From NCBI GenBank assembly GCA_000004985.1, contig GG738858.1: a DNA stretch of 64,000 bases, one strand, 5' to 3'. Origin of the DNA: Naegleria gruberi. Lineage: Eukaryota. The stretch's first letter is position 1. Every line of letters starts with the position of its first letter. Made by a program: the position numbers and the translations under genes. Positions 31,855-43,466 of this stretch are shown here, one piece after another. The notes beneath the pieces are model-generated. The model did not search any database, had not been told where the DNA came from, and was given only the letters and a program-made list of their open reading frames with translations.

Positions 31855-33086
31855 ATGCTCAAGAATACATTGGCTCTATCAGGCGTTGAATTTGATGATG
31901 AAGATCCAGTGTTAGATAGTGAGAACCCTAAAATTCTCTTGTTGGGATCAAGTAAGTTCTTGTACATTCGCATACAATAAACGAAAGTTCAGATGATTGT
32001 GGAAAGACAACGCTCATGAATAGAATACTTGGAAATGCAAAACAAATTGCAATGCAATACATTCATAACGATATTTTAAACAATATTCGAAAGGTCTGCG
32101 AAAAGTGTGTCAATACTCAATCCATTTCGTCTCGTTTACATCAGCAATACCTTTCGTATTGCAAAACACTGATTGAATCAGCTCCCAAGAAAGACTTGGA
32201 ACAGTCACCAACCAATTCGAAAACAATGAATTCATTTCCATCAAAATCTTCACCAGCTTTGCTTGTTCCAAAAACGGCAGAAATGATCATTGATTTATGG
32301 ACGAATTGTTTAGTTTTCAAAGAAACTTTTGACAAGTATAGGGATGAATTGAATGTGAGTGATTCGTGTGAATATTTCTTCAATTCTTCAACGTTGGATC
32401 GATTGTGTAAGGCTTCGAATATTCCCAATTTTGAAGATTCTCTTCGTATTCGAATGGAAACTAAAGGAGTCGATACAAGAAAAGTGTACTATAGTGAAAC
32501 AGAAGGATTTCCAAAACTCCAACAACTAGCTATGGATGAGAAATTCCTCAAACAATATCCTAACTGTATTTCTGTATTAGATTTTGGTGGAAATTGCCGA
32601 AAGAAATGGAAAGGTTACTTCCACAACATTACATTATGTGTATATTTAGTCAATTTAAGTTCGTTTAATAAGAAATCAAAAGAAAATCCAGAAAAGAATG
32701 AACTTGTTGATAGTTTAGAACTGTTTGAAGAAATGGTCAACCATGAAAGTTTCAACAATATTCCAATTCTTCTCCTATTTAATAAGGTCGAGAGATTTTC
32801 AAGTCTAATTGAGAGTGGAAATGATTTATGTAAAATATTTCCAGAATATGAGAATAGAGGGCAATCTGCTAAAGAACGAATTGAATCTTCCCTTTCTTTT
32901 CTAAAATTGAAATTTGAATCAAAAGCTTGGTCAAGGAAAGATTATTTACATTGTCGATTTGTTTCATTGCTGAATAATCAGGATTCCAATCAAGTGCTCA
33001 TGGAAATGCTAACACTAAGTAAATTACTGAAGGAAGATTTTGTTTCAGATAATATTGACAAGAAGAAGAATTGTCTCATCATGTAA
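31855..33086 (+). CDS. Divergent heterotrimeric G-protein alpha-subunit-like GTPase (paralog 1), 2 exons
   Basis: Exon 1 is 31855..31951 (MLKNTLALSGVEFDDEDPVLDSENPKILLLGS, TCA A|gtaagt). The 41-nt intron is 31952..31992 (..ttcag). Exon 2 is 31993..33086. G-motifs present: P-loop GSNDCGKTT, switch-I R..TKGV, DFGG (weak DxxGQ) and NKVE (NKxD). There is no N-terminal MGxxxS or Cys lipidation motif. Confidence 0.65.
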
Positions 33087-33187
33087 CTCTCAAACTTAAA
33101 GTTTCAGTAAAGTTCACTATTAAGATGAGGAAGCATCTCTTAGAAATTTAATATTTAATTGAGAGTGTTTAATTTACAGTTTTACAA

Positions 33188-33828
33188 TTAAAAAACCAGC
33201 ATCAAAGCCCAAACCAATACAACAGTCATTGAAACCACAATACTATTTGCAGCACTCTTACATAAAAACAATTGAGGGTGACCAACTTGATAAATATCTG
33301 AGCAGCTACCAAGCATATCCATCTGTTGCCATGTACAACTTGTTTTTTCACAATTACTAGAATCACAATAAGATAGGCCATAACAGTGAGCATCAGCTAT
33401 TGCGTATTTTTTGATTAGAGGAAGATAAACACATTTACCAATTTGGAACTTATTAATCTCAATAATCTTATCACCATTAAAATGACAATAATCACCAACT
33501 TCAAAATCATGAATAGACCACCACCCAATTTCAGAAAAATCAGCTGGTAATGGATATTTATCTCCATCATAGCATGTTGTGGCGTTCTTCCAACCGAACG
33601 AGCTTGGATAAGAATTAATGCAAGCAGGATTGTTGTTACACAATTATCGTCAACATGATATCTATAGTGAACGATATTAGCATCGGATGAACATGATGCA
33701 GTATTATAAATTTTGGTTAAAGCAAGAGAAGCATCACCTGCCTTAACATGTTGAAGATTTTCCATCAAGTCTACTACAACCATAACAGAAACTAGTAAGG
33801 CACAGAGGTTTTGAACATGTGAGGACAT
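33188..33828 (-). CDS. Secreted Cys-rich protein with a C-terminal hydrophobic (GPI/TM-like) tail; reading frame disrupted mid-gene (two overlapping ORFs 33415..33828 and 33188..33643)
   Basis: ATG at 33828 followed by a signal peptide (MSSHVQNLCALLVSVMVVV). The frame shifts by +1 near 33640 (gat aat tgt gta aca aca versus ttg tgt aac aac) without an obvious GT..AG intron. The C-terminal ORF is rich in Cys and ends in a hydrophobic tail. Confidence 0.3.
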
Positions 33829-34745
33829 TTTTTTTAAGCATGTTGAATTTAATTGTAAAATTTCGAATCTCCCATTTATGGATATTTTGAATATTAATTA
33901 CAGGGTTGTGTTTTTGTAAAAAGTTCATCTGCTTAAATCTCTCCATGACCTTAATGCCCACAGGCAAAACCACTCACAACCATACGGTTGCGACTATTAT
34001 TCATGGTTCATTACCATGGTCGGTATTTTAAGTTTTGACCAAGCCATTCCTTACTGCATATAATTGATATGCTCCCCTTAACAACTTTTCAAGCAACAAG
34101 TTCAAACAATATTGAGATATTGAGCAAAATCTTTAAGAAAGACAATTTCCTCACACAATTAAATAGTATGGAATATATTCCAATCAATCACATCAATATC
34201 CCTATTCACAAGCTGATTTTCAATAAAAAACTGGAAAATTGACTTGAAATTTGACTTGTTCCTTAGAAATTCAAAGAAACTTGTTGAATCTGTGTGAAAA
34301 TTCAAAATTTACCTGCAACTATCAAAATTTTGGTTGAGTTTTTAATAAGGGCCTTTCTCTTTTAGTGAACTAAATTAATGGACTCAGTTCTGTAATGTTC
34401 TTATAAGTTTCGTTTGGAAAATTCTCTATTTTATTCTAAAGTCAAACAGAATGCAACAAAATATTGTATTTATTGGCCAATGCTCTTCGCATGAATGTTA
34501 AAGGTTTCTTTTCTCCGAACTTGCAACCATATAATACTCTTAATGAGAAACCATGAGTTTCGAATGAAAAATAGCTAAACCTTAACAACCATGGATTTCT
34601 AACCACAATTTTATAAGCAGTCCTTATTTAGAAAGTTGGTCAATGTCAAAATCGGCACTATTTTCCCAATGGAGGAACGAAAATAAATGTTATTCATGCG
34701 AGTTGGACTAAACCTTTCGGGTAGATTTACTAACAAAAAAAAAGA

Positions 34746-36124
34746 GATGCTTCGCTCCACAGGTGATCGTTCTGAAGTCGATCTAGACGAAATGCTAGAG
34801 CAAGATCAAGCTAAAATACTTTTATTTGGTTCAGGTATGTTGTAATGCAAGCCAAATAGATTAAATTATTATTCGAAACTTAGGCGATAGTGGCAAAACA
34901 ACCTTGTTAAAACAAATTCACGGAATGACATTTTCCAAATATTACAATCCAACACGTCTCGTGGGATCCATTGTTCAAGACATTCTCAAGAATGTAAGAT
35001 TAGTTTGCGAGAGATGCATCGAGGGAGGACAGATTAGTCAGGAAGAGTTTTCACAATGTGACTATATCATTCAGATTGCAAAATCAACGAATAGCACCTC
35101 CACACCAAAGAAATCCACAAGCACAACTCAGGATTCACCACTTCCTAGCTCACCAATCAACACGCCAGATAAGAGATCAAGTTATGGAGCTAATGCATCA
35201 TCACCTGTTGGTGGTGGTGGACATGGTGCTTCACCTGGAAGTGGAGCTGGATCACCATCTCGCATGAATAACTTGGTGAGTAAGATGGACGATGATTTGC
35301 CTGATAAGATTCTGAGATTATTGAATCATTCAGAAATATTTAGGAAAACTGTCGAATCATGCAGGGAGAATGAAAGATTGTCGGATGGAATTGAACATTT
35401 TTTGTTAAATTCATCAAATTTGAGAAGAGTTTGTGAGTTTAATTATGTTCCTTCGATAGCAGATATTGTATATTCAAGACAGAAAACAGTGGGTCTCATA
35501 GAAACGAGTATAAGATATCATGAAGTTGATGGATTTCCAAAGAAGGAAATTCACAACTTTAACGATTTGGAAAAACAATTTCCTAGAACCTTAAAACTTG
35601 TTGATACCGGTGGTCAATCATCTGAAAGAAGAAAATACAAGAATGTTTCATTTAGTAGTGTAAGAGCCTGTGTTTTTGTGGTCAACATGTCAGGTTTCAC
35701 TAAAAGTCTATACGAGAATGAGAATGTTAATGATCTGATTGATTCCATTGAACTTTTCAAAGAGTTATTCAATCAGCCATTCTATGAAAATGTACCAATA
35801 CTATTACTATTCAATAAGATGGACATGTTTAGCTATCAAATTCAGAAAGGAAAAGATTTAAGTTCTCTCTTTCCAGAATTTGACAATAATGCAACGATTT
35901 TAGAGGAAAAAGTTGATAACTCTCTCAAATTCCTATTCAAAAAGTACAAGGATACTCTAAATTCTAATCCAATACGAGTGCAATACATGCCAACCGCTCT
36001 AACTGATTTGAAAGATGCTCAGAAAGTATTCGAAAGAGTTATGGAACTGAGCGAATTACTAACTTGTCCCGAAAGAAACAATGAAATGACTTCTAATGAT
36101 AAGAAAAAGTGTACCATCATGTAA
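34746..36124 (+). CDS. Divergent G-alpha-like GTPase (paralog 2), 2 exons; exon 1 carries an apparent +1 frameshift
   Basis: Exon 2 is 34884..36124 with (G)DSGKTTLLKQIHG, RQKTVGLIE, LVDTGGQSSERRKY and LFNKMD, and looks intact. The ATG at 34746 (MLRSTGDRSEVDLDEMLE) is homologous to paralog 1 (MLKNT..). A single extra C near 34800 (gagCcaag) puts QDQAKILLFGS|gtatgt in another frame. The 49-nt intron is 34835..34883 (..acttag). Confidence 0.55.
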
Positions 36125-36148
36125 AATAAATATAATTCTCATTCATAT

Positions 36149-37828
36149 TTATTGAGATGGAGTTGAAGGATTCAACCATGGTTTAGTCACTCTTGATACT
36201 GCCTTTTCAGATTGGAGGAAGGAGAGCAAGAGGCCATAATTAGTGATTGGAACACCTGCTTTGGATAGGTCAGAGAGACGGGCATTCATCTTTTGCTTAT
36301 CAATCATACATCCTCCACAGTGAATAATGAGTTTGTATTGGGAGAGATCCTTAATAAGCTGATACTCTCTGCCAAAGACAATATCCACCTTGATATTTCC
36401 CTGTCCAAATCTTTTTTCAATTGCTCTTGGTATTTGAACAGTACCGATATCATCTGCAATTCTGTTGTGATTACAAGCTTCACAGAGTAAGACTGAATCG
36501 CCTGGTTGGAGAGCTTTGAATGCTTCAATTCCTTTCAAAAATTCTGAAAGTCTTCCATTACTCATAAAGTTAATCATAATGACACTGAATGTAGTGATAT
36601 CAATAATACTCTCCTTTGTTGCCTCATCAATAGTCCATGGATGCACAATATCCATAGCTTGCGAGTCGGTAATTAAGAGTTGTAATTTTCCATTTGAATT
36701 AAGAGTTTTGATGGCTTCGAGGAATCTCTTCTTCTCCTTTTCCACAAGCTCCTTATCCGAACTTCTTGCATGTTTCAAATTCATTCTATATGAAAATACA
36801 TTGCTATACTCCCTGAGTAAATATTCATGAACCATGGCTTGAGGTTTGAGTAATCTACCAGATGGTGTCTCCTCATCCATTGGAATATTCAAAAATACAG
36901 TAGAGTTTTCCATTAAATTTGGAAGTAATCTTGTTGGATACATTGGAGTAGAGCTTGCCTTCATTTTACTCTTCTTGTGGCAATCTTCAATGAACTTGAT
37001 ACATTTGGTGTGAGCAATTTTTGATTCCAAATCCACACATGTAGTTCCACAGAAGTACTTATTCATTTGAACATTTCCCTGTTGCTCAAATTCATTGACT
37101 TTCAAATCAGTTTCAATCGAATCCAGCTTATCACTCAAACTCTCCACAGATGATCTCTTCAACTCGGAAACATTGAATATAATACAGAATGGTCTTTCAT
37201 TCTTTTCACACTCACCAGTCAACCATTTGGCTTGTTGAACACTGCTACCATTGAAAGGATCCACCACTACAACCACAATATCGGACTCTTTAAGGGCAAT
37301 CAGTGTTTTTTGTCTCTTCTTTTCGCCAAGATCTGATGCCTCATCAGTACCTGGTGTATCAAATAACTTTGTTGGACCAATACCGTGCAACTCCATAGTT
37401 GTCATCTTTACATCAGCAGTTGTACCAGGTGTAGAATCCACAATACTAGTATTTGAATTGGTCAAACAGTTCATCAGAGTTGATTTTCCACTATTCATAG
37501 CTCCAACAATTGCAATATTTGTCCTTTCAATGTAAATCGAGCCAATATTATTAGCACTATCACTTAAACTCACTCCAGAATGGAATAATTGTTTAGAATT
37601 CATTGAAAATTCCTTCATCATTATCTTTGTATTCATCATCATTTTCCATTCCGATGATCTTTTCACAGCTGATAATAATGGAAAATCCAACAATGAATTA
37701 CATTGTTGTATTGGCAATGATCTCCTCACAAGAGGTGAGGAACACAATGTTCGGATCAAGTGTTGTTGATGTGATTTCATTTTTTTAAAGTGCTTTTTCA
37801 TAAAACTAACCTTTTTAGTAACTTTCAT
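36149..37828 (-). CDS. hydF: [FeFe]-hydrogenase maturation GTPase HydF with a basic, Ser-rich N-terminal extension (organellar targeting-like)
   Basis: ATG confirmed at 37828. The GTPase region has G1 IAIVGAMNSGKSTLMN, G2 DSTPGTTAD and G3 LFDTPGTDE. The C-terminal FeS-binding signature is CEACNHN ... HCGGC (CxH...HCxxC), which is diagnostic of HydF rather than Era/EngA-type GTPases. The ~100-aa K/R/S-rich leader (MKVTKKVSFMKKHFKKMKSHQQHL...) precedes the GTPase region. Confidence 0.7.
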   Translation of the reverse strand: MKVTKKVSFMKKHFKKMKSHQQHLIRTLCSSPLVRRSLPIQQCNSLLDFPLLSAVKRSSEWKMMMNTKIMMKEFSMNSKQLFHSGVSLSDSANNIGSIYIERTNIAIVGAMNSGKSTLMNCLTNSNTSIVDSTPGTTADVKMTTMELHGIGPTKLFDTPGTDEASDLGEKKRQKTLIALKESDIVVVVVDPFNGSSVQQAKWLTGECEKNERPFCIIFNVSELKRSSVESLSDKLDSIETDLKVNEFEQQGNVQMNKYFCGTTCVDLESKIAHTKCIKFIEDCHKKSKMKASSTPMYPTRLLPNLMENSTVFLNIPMDEETPSGRLLKPQAMVHEYLLREYSNVFSYRMNLKHARSSDKELVEKEKKRFLEAIKTLNSNGKLQLLITDSQAMDIVHPWTIDEATKESIIDITTFSVIMINFMSNGRLSEFLKGIEAFKALQPGDSVLLCEACNHNRIADDIGTVQIPRAIEKRFGQGNIKVDIVFGREYQLIKDLSQYKLIIHCGGCMIDKQKMNARLSDLSKAGVPITNYGLLLSFLQSEKAVSRVTKPWLNPSTPSQ

Positions 37829-37971
37829 TATCTAAAAAGAACTCGACAGAATTTTGTAAAATTGCTGCATTCTTTACAATTAGAGAATCCTATTATTTCA
37901 ATAATAAGTTATGAATTTAATCTAGATTTCATTTTGGTTACTGTTTTGAAAATGCTGAAAATAATTCAAAT

Positions 37972-39462
37972 TTAGAAGGATAGGTTGAGAATGGATATTT
38001 CTGGTGGGCAGAATAATCGAAGAGGATAATGACTTCCTAAACCAGCAGAGGTGTGAATAAATTGTCTCCTCTCGATTTTGTAAGTTCTGTAAATGAGTTT
38101 GATTTGATAATCATCAGCCGAGTCGACTACATCAATATTTCTAGCTTGTTGTTTGTGATGATGGAGCACACTGTCGATGAGTGTAGAATCGTCCTGCAAT
38201 CTCAATTCATATAGACCAACTCCCCATTCCCAATACTTGCAAACATTCAATAGTCTTTGAACAATTCTCAATCCACTAATTCGTTGCCTTACAAATTTCC
38301 ACAGAGTAACCTTCTTGTAAATGAAAATAATTATTGGAATTATAGGAAGGTAGGTGAATATTCCTTCATTCATCTGATGAACCTGTTCATAGGAAAAATG
38401 ATGTTGAACAAAATGATCAAATGTTGCTTCCTTTACACTAAGTTTCCAAAAGAGTCCTAGTACGTTTTTCAGAATTATTGAAGGTATTGGTAATGTCACT
38501 TGGCCACCTAAATATTTGATAAATGAAATATGTTAAATATGTTAAAATTTAAAGAAAATATCGAACATACCATGAGTGTGTCCACACAAAACCAAATCAA
38601 AATGGAAAACGTCATTCTTAATCCAAGCAACAGTGTCTGGGTTGTGGCTCAATACAATTCTCAAAGTATTCTCCTTGATAGGACTCTCGTTCATTTCCTT
38701 TACAATTTTATGATAATTATCCCAATAGAGTGGACTGTAAAAATCTAAAAATCCCCACAACTCAATATCAAACTTGAATTCCTTAGTTTCCTTTGTAACT
38801 TTAGCAAAGAATTGATGATTATTAGCTTTTGAACCAGCATCTAATATTGTGACAGCTCTTGATAATTTTTTGATTACCTCCTCCTTATCGAGAGGATGGG
38901 TCTTACTCTCATCATGATTTCCTAACACTGCAAAAACTCCCAACTCTGAATATTTTGATAATTTAGAGAAGAAATTATCCACAACCCAATCCACATCAAC
39001 CTTGTAAAATTTATCAACAAAATCTCCAGTCAATACTATCATGTCAATATTTGGAATGTATTCAATTTCCACAAGAATATCCTTCAATTGTTGTTTGCTA
39101 ATCTTATGATATCGAACGTGTCGTCTCAACCAATACCAACAAGCCCAGATTTTAGTATAATACGAACCTGCTGATCCCAACCAATCTGGAGGATCTGCAT
39201 AATAATCAAAATGAAAATCAGTCAAATGTAATATTTTCAGTCGGCGTCTATTTACATGATTAGTTTTCAAGAAGGAAATTGCATCTACATCAGACAAATT
39301 AATATAATGTTCCTTGATATATAATTTACTAAACACATTCAACAATGGAAAGGTAATCCACTTGAATAATTGTACCAAAATTATTAAATATTCATATAAC
39401 AACATTCCGATCACTGATAAAAACGTTATGTTTCCATGTTTCTGCTTTGATAGTTTTTTCAT
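37972..39462 (-). CDS. Membrane-anchored metallophosphoesterase (calcineurin-like phosphoesterase; GDxxD/GNHD/GHTH), 2 exons
   Basis: ATG at 39462. An N-terminal TM helix is present. Exon 1 is 39462..38571, ending CAT G|gtatgt. The 63-nt intron is 38570..38508 (..atttag). Exon 2 is 38507..37972, beginning GT GGC CAA GTG (..CGHTHG-GQVTLPIPSI..). The phase-1 join was verified. Confidence 0.65.
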
Positions 39463-39906
39463 TTTTTTTTAATTTAAAAATCAAGAAATGTAGTTGAATG
39501 ATCAATTTCGATTTTTCTTATTTGCAAATATTATTGTAAATAGATTCAAGTAGTTGAAGCTCTAGTTGAAATACTACGTGTTTTCAATATTGTTGTGTGA
39601 TCATTGGAAAATAAAACGTGTCTTTTCCAGATTGTGGAAAATTCAATGCCTCGAATACTATGGAATATTGATCAATTTCTCATATTTATATATTTGAATA
39701 GGAGTATTGGAAGATTGGACAAGTTTTAAAGGTCAACCAAGAGTTTCACATGTGATGATGTTGAACAGTCCAGTCCCGTTGTATTTAAAATTTTTACATC
39801 TTCAAGTGACCTTTAGCATGCTTCATGAGATGAGCTGTTTTTTTCACCTTTGAAATCTTAAATGGTAAATCTTCTCCAAAAAGTATCTGTAAATATATGT
39901 ATCTGT

Positions 39907-40381
39907 CAGAGTCCCCCATAGCCTTTTGGAGATTTGAAACATATTTGTAACTATCTTCTATTCTTTTATTTTACTTGACGCTTTTAGATATAATGACGTT
40001 TTTATTTTGTTTCCGTTACACGTTTCCCTCTCCAAGAACCTCACAATTTGTTCGGCCGTTACGTTTCTAATATTATTTTTAATTAATTTTTTGTAACGGT
40101 CTTGAGTATTTTCATCTTCTGATGGCACGGAAGGAGAATAATTTGCTGGATTATTTGTCTTGAATTAAAGAATAATGGAAATGTATCTCAGGATAATATT
40201 CCAAATACTGGTGGTGTCTAGGGTGGTGTAGCTTCATCATTGATGAATTAATTACATTCCCTGCTGTTGATATTGTTGCCGATAGATGTTGTGAATTACA
40301 AAATCACTCATTTTTTTATCGTGTCAACCTCACTATACATAAAAGTCATTTTACAGAGTGTTCGTCGCATGGGGGACTCTG
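39907..40381. mobile_element. hAT-like MITE (~475 bp): TIR CAGAGTCCCCCAT / ATGGGGGACTCTG with a perfect 8-bp target-site duplication GTATCTGT
   Basis: Left end reads GTATCTGT|CAGAGTCCCCCATag. Right end reads gcATGGGGGACTCTG|GTATCTGT. An 8-bp TSD and a CAGAG-type TIR start are hAT hallmarks. There is no ORF inside. It lies in the 1.7-kb divergent promoter region between the phosphoesterase and Myb genes. Confidence 0.55.
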
Positions 40382-41221
40382 GTATCTGTTGAAAGTTATA
40401 CAGTAAAATTTTGTAATCCATCTCATTGTCTTCAATTTTACCTTTGAAAATGGTAAAACTCAAGATTCAACGATTTTCTCTGAAGAGACACTACCAACTA
40501 AAAAGGTGACCAAGAAAACGTTGAAAACCAACAACAGAAAATTGTAAATGAAAGTCATGGAAAATTACCAAGCGAAAATGCATAATAAGAACACGGAACT
40601 CGATATTGTTCTTTCACTGAAACATGCAACTTAAAAGTTTATTAAGAAGGCATAAGCTGGTGTACTCTCTAATTCAAAGATAGAAGACATGCAGGCTGAG
40701 TTGTGCAGATGAAAAATTGCGCGGTTCTTTGTGTTACTCTGTTTGGTCTCACTCTCCTCATCCATCATAGATCCAAAAAAAACGCAGGAGCAAAACAGAA
40801 AGCAAACACAGTGAGGGTTCTTCTTTGCTGATGGAAAATTAAAAACACAACAACAGAAAAAAATTATTATTATCGCCTGTTCTCCTATTGAATAGCTTGC
40901 CTGCCCTAATTATAGTGGTGCTGTGCTGCTTGAGTATTCTTCTATTATTATTTTAAAAGTGTATGATTAATATATTATTTGGTGCATCAAACCAACAACC
41001 TCATTGTACACCAACAACAACAACACATTGTCTTCCTATCTTCAGAAGAAATTTTGTAAACGGAATAATTATCCATCAGAAGAAGAAGGATTTAAATTAT
41101 ATATTATCACTTGAAAATTATTGATATCTATTCACGATTTTGATTACACATTTCGATCGAATAATATATCTGAAACAACTATTTGTAAATAATCAGCAAC
41201 AACATCATCAAACACTTTCCT

Positions 41222-43465
41222 ATGCAAAACCTTCCTCTTGCTTCTTCATCTGTCGATTCAAATAATCTAGTGCTAGTCATGAACGGAAATCCAACCACCA
41301 CGACAACAAGCACCACTACAAATAACAATAGTAGTGTCAACAATAGGCAAACTCCACAACAACCATTATTTATGAACCCTTCCCAATCCTTCCTTCCAAA
41401 ACAGCAACAACAACAACAAAACATGCCACAACAACAACCAATAATATTCTTCCAGAACCACCTCATGCCTCAAACACAAAATTCTCTCCCAACTACAAAC
41501 GGTGCAAACTCTACAAGTAGTACACCAGTAGCATCTAATGCATCAAATACGAGCACCTCTCAGAATGGAGAGAATGTTGTAGATGTGGAAAACTTTGCCA
41601 AATTCCAACAAGAGCAAGCAAAACAATTCAGTTTATTTCAACAACAACAAGCTGCTGCCTTCTTACATTTGGCCATTCAACAAAAACAATTGGAAGTCGC
41701 CCAATTCGCTAGTGCCATGAATATGCCGCTTCCAAATAGCTTCCTTATACCTAATAACAACACATCTACCAATTTCCATCCTGGAGGTCTTGTAAATTCG
41801 CAACCTATTTTCATTCCAAATAGTCATAATCCAGTCACACCTTTTGACCAGAATTCACCAATGAGTGAATCCATCCTAAGTTCTAGCCCATCCAACATGA
41901 CGGGTTTACATCATGTACATCACGCAGCTTCCTCCTCCTCAGATTTTGACGCTGAATCAACAGCTGCATCAGTAAGTGATAAGAGTCAAGTCTTATTATC
42001 CAACCAACGAAGAACAGGTCCTGTAAGAAGGTCCAGAAAAGGAGGTTGGTCAGAGGAAGAGGATGAAATGCTGAGAGCTGCAGTACAAACATATGGAGGG
42101 AAGAATTGGAAAAAGATTGCGGAAACACTTCAAAATAGAACTAGTGTGCAATGTTTGCACAGATGGCAAAAAGTATTAAATCCAAACCTTGTAAAGGGAC
42201 CTTGGACAAAGGAAGAGGATGACAAGATTTTACAACTTGTTAAAACATATGGTCCAGAAAATTGGAGCATGATCGCATCACATTTACCAGGAAGAATTGG
42301 TAAACAATGTAGAGAAAGATGGTACAATCACTTGGATCCTAGTATAAAGAAGGAACCTTGGACAGAGGAAGAAGAAACACTTCTTCTCGATGCTCAAAGT
42401 AAACTTGGAAATAAGTGGGCTGAAATTTCCAAACTCATCGTTGGACGTACAGATAACGCTTGCAAAAACCATTTCAATTCACTGATCGCTAGGGAAAAGA
42501 AGAAGGATACAACTAAAGAGACATCAAAATCAACAGAGCCAACACCAGTAAGAAAAACCAAAAAGACAACAAAGAAGGAAGATTCTGCTCTCAGTCGTGC
42601 CAGACACAAGAGATCAATCTCCGATACAGCATTCTATCAAAACTATCAATATGAATCGAGAGATTCTGGTACATTGACACTTTCTCCAATGGCTCAATCT
42701 AATAATTCCACTGGTTCTGGAGGAAACTCTCCAAATGCCAATAATTTGCACCATGCAAACAACAACACACTTTCAACCAACCACTTTTTCTCGAATTTAG
42801 CTCCTCCTACTCTCTTCCCATTCAATAGCAACCACATGATGATGCAAAACCCTAATTTAATGCAACAAAATGTAATACCAATCTTTAGACACAACAATGT
42901 ACAAAAACAACCACTACCAGCTTCTCAGAACGCATTTACACAGAATAACATCATTCCAAACATTGATATTTCCTCACCTGGTCTTTCGACACCAACAGAT
43001 CTCTTCCATGATTTGTCAGCTTTTGAGGCAGTGGTTCCTTCTAATAATAATAACAATGGAAATGGAGATGTAGATGTACTTGCAGATGTTCAAGATACAC
43101 TAATCAATCAAGTTGGTTCTGGGTTGATAAATAATTTCGATGTATTCGAAGCTCATGAAAGTGAAGTTTTAATACACAGCGAAGATAGTAACGATGAAAT
43201 GAACATTACACCAACACCTGGATCAAGGAATAGACCATCAACAGTTTTTAATGAAGATATGGACTTTAATGAATTTGATGGAGAATCAGATCTCAATAAT
43301 TTCCTGGATGATGATAACAATGATGATCAAATCAATAGCGGCCTATTCCCAATTCCTTTTGCTGACAGAGAAACCAAGAGAAAGAAGTTTAATCACGTTT
43401 TTCATAACAGATCGATATCATTCGATGTTTCCCAGTTAGGACAAAATAAGGACTTTTTCCTTTAA
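41222..43465 (+). CDS. c-Myb-like R1R2R3 (3R) MYB transcription factor
   Basis: Three tandem Myb repeats with regularly spaced Trp (WSEEEDEMLRAAV..WKKIAE; WTKEEDDKILQLV..WSMIAS; WTEEEETLLLDAQSKLGNKWAEIS). They are flanked by Q/N/S/T-rich low-complexity regions. ATG confirmed at 41222. Confidence 0.85.
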   Translation: MQNLPLASSSVDSNNLVLVMNGNPTTTTTSTTTNNNSSVNNRQTPQQPLFMNPSQSFLPKQQQQQQNMPQQQPIIFFQNHLMPQTQNSLPTTNGANSTSSTPVASNASNTSTSQNGENVVDVENFAKFQQEQAKQFSLFQQQQAAAFLHLAIQQKQLEVAQFASAMNMPLPNSFLIPNNNTSTNFHPGGLVNSQPIFIPNSHNPVTPFDQNSPMSESILSSSPSNMTGLHHVHHAASSSSDFDAESTAASVSDKSQVLLSNQRRTGPVRRSRKGGWSEEEDEMLRAAVQTYGGKNWKKIAETLQNRTSVQCLHRWQKVLNPNLVKGPWTKEEDDKILQLVKTYGPENWSMIASHLPGRIGKQCRERWYNHLDPSIKKEPWTEEEETLLLDAQSKLGNKWAEISKLIVGRTDNACKNHFNSLIAREKKKDTTKETSKSTEPTPVRKTKKTTKKEDSALSRARHKRSISDTAFYQNYQYESRDSGTLTLSPMAQSNNSTGSGGNSPNANNLHHANNNTLSTNHFFSNLAPPTLFPFNSNHMMMQNPNLMQQNVIPIFRHNNVQKQPLPASQNAFTQNNIIPNIDISSPGLSTPTDLFHDLSAFEAVVPSNNNNNGNGDVDVLADVQDTLINQVGSGLINNFDVFEAHESEVLIHSEDSNDEMNITPTPGSRNRPSTVFNEDMDFNEFDGESDLNNFLDDDNNDDQINSGLFPIPFADRETKRKKFNHVFHNRSISFDVSQLGQNKDFFL

Positions 43466-43466
43466 T

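Noticed and set aside
40400-41221. Possible additional gene in the 1.7-kb gap upstream of the Myb gene
   Set aside because: There is no ORF over 60 aa and no splice-compatible exons. The gap contains a MITE and is better explained as a shared divergent promoter region.
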